Source: Yuukianura sp. NJ FZ-2021
Lineage: Eukaryota
DNA length: 64,000 bases
Assembly (NCBI GenBank): GCA_046563655.1
Contig: CM102283.1
Span: forward strand, 4,340,001-4,404,000
Reading direction: 5' to 3'
Below the pieces are notes generated by a model that was not told where the DNA came from, did not search any database, and saw nothing but the letters and a program-made list of their open reading frames with translations. The translations under genes and the position numbers were made by a program. Each line of letters begins with the position of its first letter. The stretch's first letter is position 1. Positions 27,273-37,702 of the stretch are shown piece after piece.

Positions 27273-28287
27273 ATGGCAGCTGCTCATGCTCGCCCGCCAA
27301 CACTAGGCGCTCGGTTGGCCGCATCCGAAGCCCAGAGAAGGAGAAATAACGCAGTCATTAACTCTCAACGACATACTATTAATCAACTACTCGTTACAAT
27401 TATACACACTAGAAATTCGGTAGCAAACCTTACCGGAACTTACCGAACTCTACAAAACCAGAACCGCCGACTGCAAGATTCGTTAAATTTGGCAAATTGG
27501 AGACTGCAGTTAGTGACATGTAAGTTCTATTGGAAAAAGTTTACTATCGTGGGTTAGTACTTTTGTCAAAAAAAATGTTTTTTTTTCATAACTTGATGGT
27601 TTTCAGTGTGCTGAGTAAGAATTTAGCCGCGGAGACCCAACTTTCCAGTGCTTTCAATTTTTTTCAAAATTTTGAAAAAAAATTTCGAAAAATTTTTTTT
27701 TGCTCCGACTTGCATGAAATTCATTTCCTAGACTAATTCGCGTGTGCTGAACCCGATTCTGAAATTAGATTTGGCAAAGACCTACAATTAACCTAACCTA
27801 ACCTAACCTAGCTTAACATAAAGTAAAACAAAATCTAATTGCAGATTCGGATTCAGCACCCTCGAATTAGCCTAGGAAATGAATTTCATGCAATTCGGAG
27901 AAAAAATTTTTTTTTGAAATTTTGAAAAAAAAAATTTTTGAAAAAAAAATTCAAAACAAAAAATTTATTTTTCCGCGGTCATATTCTTACTCATTAGGGT
28001 CTACTACATCATAAAAGTGCAAAAAAAAAAAATTTTTTTTTTTTGAGAAAAGTACTAACCCACGGTAGTAAACTTTTACCTTGACTTTTTTTGAATAAAT
28101 TATGAATTATGAATTATGAATAATGTTTGAATAAATAATTTATGTAGATATCCTTGTGGCGACGTTAAGCTTCGGAGTATTCTATACTGTGCTGCTGCCC
28201 TTATTCAGTTCCATTCGGTTGAACCAATCCGCCGCAGATGACCCATTGCCGAATTTACATAAGGTTAGATTGGAATTTAGGTTATAA
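27273..28287 (+). CDS. orphan coiled-coil plus TM protein, 2 exons (27273-27519 and 28148-28287)
   Basis: MAAAHARPPT...YRTLQNQNRRLQDSLNLANWRLQLVT|YILVATLSFGVFYTVLLPLFSSIRLNQ...*. The GTAAG donor and TAG acceptor are phase-compatible, and a MITE fills most of the intron. Confidence 0.5.
27532..28080. mobile_element. foldback MITE with GG termini and central (TAACC)n
   Basis: TIR GG(A/T)AAAAGTTTACTA(T/C)CGTGGGTTAGTACTTTT. Inverted symmetry continues inward (CTCCGACTTGCATGAAATTCATTTCCTAG...). No clear TSD. Confidence 0.8.
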
Positions 28288-28405
28288 ATGGAAAAATTGA
28301 GGTTTACACCATAGCTCCGATTTTGATGGCAATTATTTTGGCATTTAGTAGGCTCGTTTTGAAAAAAATTGACATCAAAATCGGAGCCACGGTGGTAAAC
28401 CTCAA

Positions 28406-28803
28406 TTATACTGTTTTGTACATTTTCTGGATGCTCTGTGCAGCCCCTTCAACAGTTCCAATGACAGTTCCTCTGCTAGTGTTTTGACACCATCCACGCA
28501 GTCCCAGTTCCTTTCCTTTGGCTACCGTGTACTTAAAATTAAAAATACGTTTATTAAATTAATGAAATTTTCAAAAGATCGGTTCAAAATCGAGGAGATT
28601 TCGAATTCAAGAGGTGTCTGACTTAGTACTTTCCGAAAGAAAACTCCTAAAATAAAAAGAAAATTTTTTTTAGAACGTTCCTTTTCGTAATCTTTTTTAA
28701 GAAAAAGAGACATTTTTCCGTTTCGTTTCTCACCTTGTACTTTTCCCTGAACTTCAAAATCCAACGAATGAAGAGACTGAGGCGACGTTACTGCATCAGC
28801 CAT
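28406..28803 (-). pseudogene. ACYP: acylphosphatase, 3'-truncated (last exon not found)
   Basis: Exons 28803-28734, 28646-28630 and 28531-28422 give MADAVTSPQSLHSLDFEVQGKVQGVFFRKYTVAKGKELGLRGWCQNTSRGTVIGTVEG...QKM. The expected WL...GSP...I terminal exon is absent, and read-through stops at 28406. Confidence 0.8.
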
Positions 28804-28945
28804 TTTGGAACAAATTCAAAATTCCCGCCATAAAACAATAATGTGATGTCGTATTTTTAAATTCTTGATTACTGGAAAATTGGAATTCAAAATGCGAATT
28901 TTACACAGTACCTAATGCATGTTTAAATTCTGGTTTTGTTAGACA

Positions 28946-29616
28946 ATGTCGGAGAAAGAAAAGAAGCCCTTCCAGCAGACCGCTGACCGACACGAAAGTC
29001 GCTACGACAGCGAGATACAACACAATGTTGTTGAAAAATGGGGGCCGGTATGGAAGGAGTTGAACCACCGCATGAATCCAGAGGAAGCCGTTACTTATGA
29101 CGCTGCTGTTCAGACTGCCATTCTCTATGGTGAAAAGTCGGAAGACCACAAGGGACGTCTGAGCAACGAAGAAACTGATCGGATGATCAACGATGCCGAT
29201 CAATACCAAGCGGAGGAGGAGAAACAGGAGGACCGTGTTTCGGCCAAGAAATCATTGGAGAGCTACTGCTTCAACATCAAGAACATAATTGAGGAGGAGA
29301 ATATCAAGGACAAAATTTCTGGTAAGTGACCTCTAACATTTTTTTGAAATTGCGAATTTTGAAAACTAAATGTTTTTGAATTTTTGCAGAGGACGATCAC
29401 AAATTGGTTGGGAACAAGTGGGTAGAAATCATCAAATGGCTCAATGCCAATCAGCTCGCAGAAAAGGAAGAATTTGAAGACAAGCAGAAGGAGCTGGAGA
29501 AGATTTGCAATCCAGTTATCACTAAATTGTATGCTGCGGGTGGAGCTCTAACTTCCGGAATGCCCGGAACTGGTGGATTTCCCGGAGAGGGAAAAGTTAG
29601 ACAAGAACGAAGTTAA
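28946..29616 (+). CDS. chimeric HMG-box fragment::internally deleted Hsp70/Hsc70 (gene or pseudogene), 2 exons
   Basis: [26 protein letters not shown] resembles HMG-box helix 3. [30 protein letters not shown] matches the end of the Hsp70 NBD and joins directly to [15 protein letters not shown]...LESYCFNIK, then after an intron [35 protein letters not shown] (Hsp70 lid). There is no EEVD. Confidence 0.75.
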
Positions 29617-29789
29617 TACAAGAATTCATCTACAGTCGAAGCACGGCATGTGTAGAAAAGTATCTTAAAACGAATCAAATTGTTTCTAAGCGATGTCAGT
29701 AGATGCCCAGGTTCAAAATGAGGTGCTGCCACAGACACAGCCAAATAAATTAAGATTGCAACTGCAGATTAAGATGCAGTTATAAGCAT

Positions 29790-29856
29790 TACGGACGGAC
29801 AGACGGACGGACGGACGGACATTACGATCCCTATAAGTATCTGACGATACTTAATA
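29790..29856 (-). mobile_element. DINE-1/Helentron-like terminus fragment
   Basis: A (GGAC/AGAC)n microsatellite followed by hairpin AAGTATCTGACGATACTT and AATAA, the same layout as the ends at 39375-39396 and 52698-52719. Confidence 0.55.
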
Positions 29857-30237
29857 ACAGAGATTGCCCGAACACCATAAAGTAGTTTCTTGAAGGTTTC
29901 GTTCACTAAGTCAGTTAACGTTCAATAGGAATTGATTATAAGCTTATAAACATCAACCTACTTATCATACTGTGTAAAAAGTAAGTTTACTAATCCGTTT
30001 ACTTGTTTCTAACGGCGTTCTCTCGGGAACTTGTGTTTTCCTGAACATAACACGTTTTGACTCCCGTTGCGTTGATAAGAACAGCATTACATAGAAGATT
30101 GAGACGTTTCGAAGGTATGAGAGTAACCTGATATGGCATGATCGTTAAAAATTATCCTCCGATGAGTACATTTGTTATGGTTGACATTACGGCAACTTGA
30201 AATTGGAACAAGAAGAGGACTTTGATTTAGTTTCTGT

Positions 30238-30415
30238 GGTTGGAGAGTAGCAAAGGGGTCCGTTTTTCTTTTAGTGTGAGCTATGTTTATCAAATCAGGA
30301 CACAGTGCACAGTCCCTGAGTTAGGTTAGGTTAGGTGTTGAAGGTGCACTGTGTCCTGATTTGATAACCTAACTCACACTAAAAGAAAAACGGACCCCAT
30401 TGCTACTCTCCAACC
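30238..30415. mobile_element. MITE with GG...CC termini, 8-bp TSD and central (TTAGG)3
   Basis: ~70-bp imperfect TIR GGTTGGAGAGTAGCAA.... TSD GTTTCTGT at 30230-30237 and 30416-30423. Confidence 0.9.
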
Positions 30416-30504
30416 GTTTCTGTCATTTCAGTTCCTGCTGATCGTGTTTCGCAGGAGGAGGGGAGTGAACCTTGGATCAAGTGAGATCGAATAACAACCA
30501 AGTT

Positions 30505-32545
30505 ATGACTGAGCTACTAAATGGGAAGAGCAAGGGGAAGGTCAACGGTTCGTGTTGCGCAGAGAACGGGAACAATGGTGCGTCGTCAGTTGGTGGGTTG
30601 GGGTGGGAAAGCGGCGTTTGGGCCGTGGGGCTTCTCAACTCCGCTTCCAACTATATGACCGCTGAAACTTTCGGGTTCAAGGCCAATGCCAACGGAGTGT
30701 CCCTGCGCAAGAAGCAGACATGGCTGTTGGAGGGGGCAGAGCACGGTGAGGCCGTAACGCTCAAGTCACACTTGGGTAGGTACTTGGCAGTGGACTCTTT
30801 TGGCAACGTCACTTGCGAAGGAGAGGAGAGAGACGCCGGCTCCTTCTTCGAAATTCAACTCATCCAAGGTAAGTTGACCTCTTCTTAATCCTGTAAAACT
30901 ACTCTAAATCTTATTTTTAATTGGACTTGTTTTGACAGGTGGATGGGCACTCAAGAACGTTTCCCGTGGCTACTACTTGGGCTCATGCTCTGACAAGTTG
31001 ACTTGCACTGCCAAGACTCCTACTTCAACCGAAATCTGGTCCGTTCATCTCTGCGCTCGGCCACAAGTGAACTTGAGAAGCGTCGGACGTAAACGATTCG
31101 CTCGTCTATCGGAGGATGGGGATGAAGTGATTGTGGATTCTAACGTGGCGTGGGGTTCCGACACCTTGTTCACTCTTCAGTTCAGACAAGGACGATATGC
31201 ACTACAAACTCCAAACAACAAATTTCTCACCAAGGATGGGACACTTGTGGTAAAACTTCGAATAGTTATTTATGCATGCAGTTGATAAATTCCACGGATA
31301 TCAAAATCCAATTCGAATTTCCTACAGTAAACATTTGTTCTTACTGTTTAGGACGCAGTTGACACCGCATGCTTCTTCTGGGTTGAGTTCCATCGTGGAC
31401 AATTGGCTTTACGCGACAGTGCTGGACTTTACTTGGCGCCCATTGGATCTAAAGCTCTGCTCAAAACGCGGTCCAGTACAATTACAAAGGATGAACTATT
31501 CTATCTGCAGGATTCGTTTCCACAAGCGGGATTCGTCGCTGCACTCAATTCCAGATTCCTCTCAGTCAAGCAAGGTGAATGCACTACCGGCTTTCATAGG
31601 TTTATCTGCTTCGTCTCTTTTAACTAACTGATGGCCGTTGTTTTTGTAATGTAAGGTGTGGACCTGACTGCGAACCAGGAGGAGATATCTGACGACGAAG
31701 TGTTTCAATTGGAATTTGAGCCCTCTGTTCGGCAATGGTACTTGCGTACAATGAAGGACAAGTACTGGACACTCGAAACCCAGGGTGGCATTCAAGCATC
31801 GTCGCAGACCAAGTAAAGCATTTCAAGGAAATCTATTTGTTTCCAAAATCTGATTTTTGTTTGCATTTTTGCAGGACTTCCTCTGGTCTTTTCGATTTGA
31901 AATGGAGTGAAGATGGATCACTGGGATTCCGAGCCCAGAATGGAAAGTTTCTGGGGGTGAAGAGGTCAGGTCATCTGTACGCCAATTGTGACCAAGGAGA
32001 CGAGCATGCCAAATTCTTCTTCCATCTGGTTAACAGGTCTCATCTCAGCCGAATACCAAATTTATGTTTCTTCATGCTATAAAAATTTTATGCACCAATG
32101 CTTGTCACCCCAATTTTTATTGTATGTTGTTCTTATTAGGCCTCGTCTCGTCCTACGGTGTGAACAGGGATATCTTGGCTTCAAATCTCCGTCGTATCCG
32201 CGTCTGGAGTGTAACAAGGCTTCTTATGAAACCATCTCGGTGGTGAGAGGCGAGAAAGGCAGAGTCACTTTTAAAAGTAAGTCAACTGATAATTCTGCAT
32301 GTACAAATGGTGATTAATGTATTTTATTTGCAGTGGGCGGAATGTACTGCGTGCTTCGTGGGGAAGGAGAAGAGGTGGTTGCCGAAGGCGACGCTGCAGC
32401 CGCTTACAAGTTTCTATTTGAGCTCAGAGAGCCCAATCGACTCGCAATTCGGACGGAGGGTGGGCGCTATCTCAACGCACTGAAGAACGGACAAGTGGGC
32501 CTGGGTGGCTCGGATCCCGCGGAAGCGACGCAGTGGGAGTTTTAA
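30505..32545 (+). CDS. sn: fascin (singed)
   Basis: Beta-trefoil fascin motifs [64 protein letters not shown] and C-terminal ATQWEF*. Confidence 0.96.
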
Positions 32546-33139
32546 GTAGAACGTTAAACACAACTAAAAAAGGTCCCCGTTGGGAAGTGACTAAGATCTG
32601 CGGTGCTCCCTGAGTGGAAACCAAAGGAATTACGAATCTCCTCTCACGCAATCCACTTATACTGGCTCCTCCTCCATCACTCTCTCCATGTAAAATTTTC
32701 CAAAATTAAGTCGAACAGTACTTCGACTTGGACAACATACACTTTACTTTTTATTCACCAAATTACTGTAGCTTTATGTCAATTCACACCTTTTGCAACA
32801 AATGTAAAATTCGTCCTAGAAATTAGCAGTTTAGTACTTGGTGTGTAGTGTCAGAGCAAGTACTTATTAGACGGTTAGGCTTTTTCACTTTTGCAATTTT
32901 CTACTGATTTCATAAATACTGCAATGCAAGGACTTGTAATCATGTCAAGTAAAACCATGTCCTATTATGACCTTTTGTGTGTATTTTGGTGGCGGGAAAG
33001 TTAAAAAAAAGTGTTTCAAGGTTACAAATGGAGCTTTACAAATATCCACTGACTGTTACTTTATTATTGGTGGCAACAAATGATGGCGGAAACTTTTGAA
33101 AAGTTTCAAAAATCGTGGGGGTGAGAAAAAGTCAAGATT

Positions 33140-34416
33140 TTATGCGGCCTCTCCATCTTCTTCTCCCTCCTCCGCAGAAGCGGTGAGCATCGCAATCAGT
33201 TTCCCGGTGTCAATTCGTCCTGCGTTGTCAATGCTCATTTGCTCATAGGCGTCGTCAATCTCACTTTGGGAAAACTTCTCACCGAATGTCATCAACGCAT
33301 GCTTCAGTCTAAAAAATTAACCAATCACAGTCATTTTCACACAAATTCAACGTATGGCCAAGATTGGATTCTTGGATCTTAAATATTCCTGGTTCTTACT
33401 TGTCTCCGTCGATTTTGCCGCCTTGGTCGAATGATTTGAAGGCAGCGACGACCACTTCGTCATCGTCGGCACTTCCGGACATGCGGTTAGCGAAAAGCGT
33501 AAGTAGCATGGTAAAGTTGAGTGGTCCATTGGCCTCTCCCAGCATCTCGTCCAGCTCCTTCTCGTTGGCCACTTTGCCCATGGCATCGAAGGTAGCTCGT
33601 AGGTCACTCTTACCGATGATTCCATCCTTGTCTGCGTCCATCATCTGGAAAGCCTACAAATTCCCACCATAACATCAACAACCTCATCTCCATTGGTCAA
33701 TGCATCTTAGGTTAGCATTTAGTATGTTTAGTAGGTTTTAGACCTTTTAAATTGCGACCAAATTACATGGAATCCAAAATACATAGGTTAGGTTGCCATT
33801 TCCCTCCTTGAACTCTGAGAGTTCAAGGAGGGAAAAAAAGGGAGAAGACGTTACTGCCCGTACGCTTGGCCTTCTTGGACTCTCGTGTGCTGGAGCGTTT
33901 AGGAGCCTCTTCTGCGGCAGGCGCAGGCGCAGCGGCAGGAGCCTCAGCCTCATCTTCCTTCTTCTTCTTCGTCTTCTTCACCTTCTTGTCATCGGCCTGC
34001 AAGTGATCACAAGTTACACAACATTAGTCGGGCCACAAACTAAAAATAGAAACTTGTGAACCAGGATTCAAGGAAAGATGGAGATTCACCAAAGGAAAAC
34101 TTTTTGGGACACAATTTTGGCACTTTCCCAAAAAATCTAACATCGAACTATTCCCAACTCACAAAAATTTCTAGAATTCCTAAAATTCAATGCGGAAGCT
34201 ACGTTCATTGACTAGAACTTTGAAGTGACACGAACGTTTGGAGAAATCGAAATGGAGGAATCGAACGTTTTTGAAACGTTTAGAGCTGGTGGGTTTTGAT
34301 TCCTTGAAGTTTGGACAGAACTAATTAAGACACTCTCCAAACAATTAAGTTAATTTAATTGCACACATTATTAATTAATTATAGCTAGATTGAATGTTAT
34401 AAGTTGGACTCACCAT
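33140..34416 (-). CDS. Mlc2: myosin regulatory light chain 2; exon 2 end appears disrupted in this sequence
   Basis: ATG-only exon at 34414-34416, then ADDKKVKKTKKKKEDEAEAPAAAPAP...KRTGSNVFS, an EF-hand exon AFQMMDADKDGIIGKSDLRATFD and a last exon ending EAA*. There is a frameshift and a missing GT donor near 33800-33840. Confidence 0.9.
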
Positions 34417-35219
34417 GTCTGCCTGTGTCCTGGAGTGAGAGATACGAAGGAAGCAGAAGTTGAATGCTGAGACGTCGCTGTACAAGTGATCTCGGAGGAC
34501 TGGTCAGATCTTGTGGAAGCGACTTGTGAAGCGATCTGTGTCTCCTTGGTTTTTGGCTTGGGTGAAGCGCAGACTTCGTCCCAGTCCAAAATTAAACTCG
34601 AGCTCCTTCTCTCCTTTCACAAGCGGCAGTCAAACACTCCTAATTTGGACTAGAACAGAGAAATGGCTTCGAGAACAGCATCATGTCATGCGTATAACTT
34701 CCTTCCGCTCACATGAAAAAGAAAATACAAACCATTTTCAAAAGTAACATAACTAAACTAGTTAAGTAGATTGGTCAGATCTCAGACAAAAGTCAAGCTA
34801 ACGGACTGCAATTGACCTCCAGTCGTTACTTTTTACTTTCCTTTTCCAATTCCTTAATTCCCAAAGTTTTTGCCAACTATCCCAAATTATATACAAAATT
34901 TATATGAATTATACTACAAAAAAAAGAAATTCTAGCGTCCTTGCCATGATAAATATGATTTGAAAAAAATTTGGATAAAAAGATCACGAATTGCTGCTTC
35001 GATTTCCTATAAGTATCTGACTGACATCCCGAATCGTCGCACGCTTAGTGGAGCCTGAATATATGGTAGTTATGTTTTATTGTTATTAATTATAATATAT
35101 TATACATATGTATTGAAATTAATTGGAAAATATTGAGAACTACAAATAAGTCAAATAAATAGTCCATTAGAGGTCTAACATCTACTAGCGTCAGAGTCAA
35201 AATCCATTACGTTCTAACG

Positions 35220-37040
35220 TTACTCAAATGCAAAGTTCTTCGTCTTCCTAGTTCTGGTTCCCCTTCTGAGTGAGGTTGGTTTCCTTGGTACCCTTCTGAT
35301 TCTGGACGGGACGAAGGGAGGTGATGGGGAAAAGCCTGTCACAAACCTGGATCGTGGTCGAAGTGGGACAAGTAATTTGCTCCTTGCTTCCAGCATCCCT
35401 TCTATGCTCATTCCACTTAAGTCACCAACCATGTTCGTGTCCTGCGTTGACCCTGCGTCCTTCAGTGCTGTGTGCGATGGTGCTGGCTCCTTCACTTTCT
35501 TTGCTGGCGGCGAACTTCCATTTCCACTTTCCGTCTCCTTCTGTGGTCGTACAAGAGTCTGCTCCGGTTCGTCCTGTGCTGTGCTCAGTCCATGCAAGTC
35601 ACCAACGATGTTCGTGTCTTGCGTTGACCCTGCGTCCTTCAGTACTATGTGCGATAGGGATCTGGCTTTTGTCTTCTTAGCAGTCGGTGAACTTCCTTTT
35701 GCACTTTCAGTCTTCCTCTTCTTAGCAGAAGGAGAACTTCCTTTTGCACTTTCCGTCTCCTTCTGTGGTCGCACTAGAGTCTGCTCCGGTTCGTCCTGTG
35801 CTGTGCTTAGTTCATGTAAGTCACCAACGATGTTCTCGTCCTGCGTTGACCCTGCGTCCTTCAGTGCTTGGTGCGATGACGCTGGCTCTTTCGTCTTCTT
35901 AGCAGTCGAACTTCTGTTTGCACTTTGCGTCTTCTTAGCAGGTCGCGATCTTCCCTCTGCACTTTCCGTCTTCTTAGCAGGCGGTAAACATTCTTTTGCA
36001 ATTTCCGTCTTCTTAGCAAGTGGCGAACTTCCTTTAGTACTTTCCGTCTTCTGTGGTCGCACAAGAGTCTGCTCCGGTTCGTCATGCGCTGTGCTCAGTG
36101 CACGTAAGTCACCGCTGACACTCGTGTCACGCCTTGATCCTGCGTCCTTCAGTGCTGGGTGCGATGACGCTGGCTCCTTCGTCTTCTTAGCAGTCGAACT
36201 TCTCTCTGCACTTTGCGTCTTCTTAGCAGGTCGCGATCTTCCCGTTGCACTTTCCGTCTTCTTAGCAAGCGGTGAACATCCTTTTGCAATTTCCGTCTTC
36301 TTAGCAAGCAGCGAACTTCCCTTTGCACTTTCCTTCTTCTTCTGTGGTCGCACCAGAGTGTGCTCAGGTTCGTCATGTGCTGCCATCAGAGGATCATCAG
36401 GGATGTCAATGTCATCATCATCAGTCTCCATTGATACGTCCACCAGTTCCCGAATCATTCCACAAATCTCGTTCAATTTAGAATCCAGACGCCGTTTCCT
36501 TTCGCGAGACGCAACCGGTATGACGACTTTCACTGTTATATAAGGAGGAATTTTCTTACGTGGAGGCTCATCCGTCACTCCACTCTTGTTAGCTGGTGTT
36601 CGTTTTCCTTTCGTCGGTGGTTTACTTTGTGGCCGACTTGTATGCAAAGCGGGAGGAGTAGAAGCCATTTTTCGTTTTCCTTTGCCAATCTTAGGTGGAA
36701 CGCGAATTGAGCTCAACTCATTGGAAGTTACTGAAGCGATTTCAACTTGCACTTCATAGTCACTCGAATTGGACTTTGAAAGAGGTAGTTCCCATGTCTC
36801 CGATTCAGAAACAAGATCCACCAGCTCAATGTCCGACTCTACTTCGTCTTCATCCTCCTTTTCAGGGTCTTGCTTCTCCGTATTCACGGTGACCTGTGAA
36901 TCAGGCGTCTTGTAAAGGCGTGAATCAGGCAAACTTGAAAGTGAAACGCAGCTTTTGGCGGGATGCGTGAAGCTCTTCTGTGAGCCAGATTGATTAACAA
37001 CAGGAAATATGGGAGTCCCACCCCACTCTCCCATTATCAT
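35220..37040 (-). CDS. intronless 606-aa Lys/Ser-rich repetitive low-complexity protein
   Basis: Long uninterrupted ORF with repeated A(H/Q)DEPEQTLVRPQK, SSP(L/P)AKKTES and ALKDAGSTQD modules. No recognisable domain. Confidence 0.6.
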   Translation of the reverse strand: MIMGEWGGTPIFPVVNQSGSQKSFTHPAKSCVSLSSLPDSRLYKTPDSQVTVNTEKQDPEKEDEDEVESDIELVDLVSESETWELPLSKSNSSDYEVQVEIASVTSNELSSIRVPPKIGKGKRKMASTPPALHTSRPQSKPPTKGKRTPANKSGVTDEPPRKKIPPYITVKVVIPVASRERKRRLDSKLNEICGMIRELVDVSMETDDDDIDIPDDPLMAAHDEPEHTLVRPQKKKESAKGSSLLAKKTEIAKGCSPLAKKTESATGRSRPAKKTQSAERSSTAKKTKEPASSHPALKDAGSRRDTSVSGDLRALSTAHDEPEQTLVRPQKTESTKGSSPLAKKTEIAKECLPPAKKTESAEGRSRPAKKTQSANRSSTAKKTKEPASSHQALKDAGSTQDENIVGDLHELSTAQDEPEQTLVRPQKETESAKGSSPSAKKRKTESAKGSSPTAKKTKARSLSHIVLKDAGSTQDTNIVGDLHGLSTAQDEPEQTLVRPQKETESGNGSSPPAKKVKEPAPSHTALKDAGSTQDTNMVGDLSGMSIEGMLEARSKLLVPLRPRSRFVTGFSPSPPFVPSRIRRVPRKPTSLRRGTRTRKTKNFAFE

Positions 37041-37132
37041 ATCATCTTATTTTCATCAAATGACTGAATGATAACAAACTGGTGAATGCTGACGCTGATT
37101 GAATGCTGGTAGTTTTGGCTTTCTTGGCATGA

Positions 37133-37702
37133 TTACTTGTTGGAATGTGATACTCCTGCAGCCCCTGCACCGCCGTGTGACATCTGTCTCTCTAGATCCT
37201 GGAGCTCCAAGATATCCGACTTAAACTTCAGTTTTAATATTTCCCGAAAAATTTCCTCATGGTGTTCGGGTACAGTGATGCCCATTCGCTCCAGGGCTGA
37301 TACGTTCATCCGGAGCAAGATTCTTCCATTCACATTGTTCTGGATCAAAATCAAATGAAATCATGATTGCGCAGTTTTAGTTAATCATGTCACAAACATC
37401 AATATCCTCTACTTCAAAATACTTGCCTCGTGAAAGACATGAGAGTATCTTTCCCCCAAGTCTCCGCAGTGGCGCTCGAACCATAGAACTACTTCCTGGA
37501 TTGTCCAAAGCGCCGGAGGACGAGGACGAGCACGCGTCGTTGCGCTCTTAAAAAAGAATGAAAAAAGCACTGGATAAGAATAATTTTTAATCAGTTTTTA
37601 GTTAGGTTGTTCAGTATTTTTGATTACCCTGTTGGGACTACGGCCCAGTCCTTCTTCCCCTCGCACACCAACACCGCCGCTACTACCGTTCAAAATAACC
37701 AT
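37133..37702 (-). CDS. ave: aveugle/SAMD10-12 family SAM-domain protein, 3 exons
   Basis: PRPPALWTIQEVVLWFERHC...|NNVNGRILLRMNVSALERMGI...IFREILKLKFKSDILEL matches the recalled aveugle/SAMD12 pattern. Confidence 0.85.

Noticed and set aside
27789-27811. (TAACC)n as a true or interstitial telomere
   Set aside because: Only about 4 units, and they lie inside a MITE.
35377-36543. 388-aa plus-strand ORF as an overlapping gene
   Set aside because: It is the antisense shadow of the repetitive 606-aa ORF, and repeat expansion explains the lack of stops.
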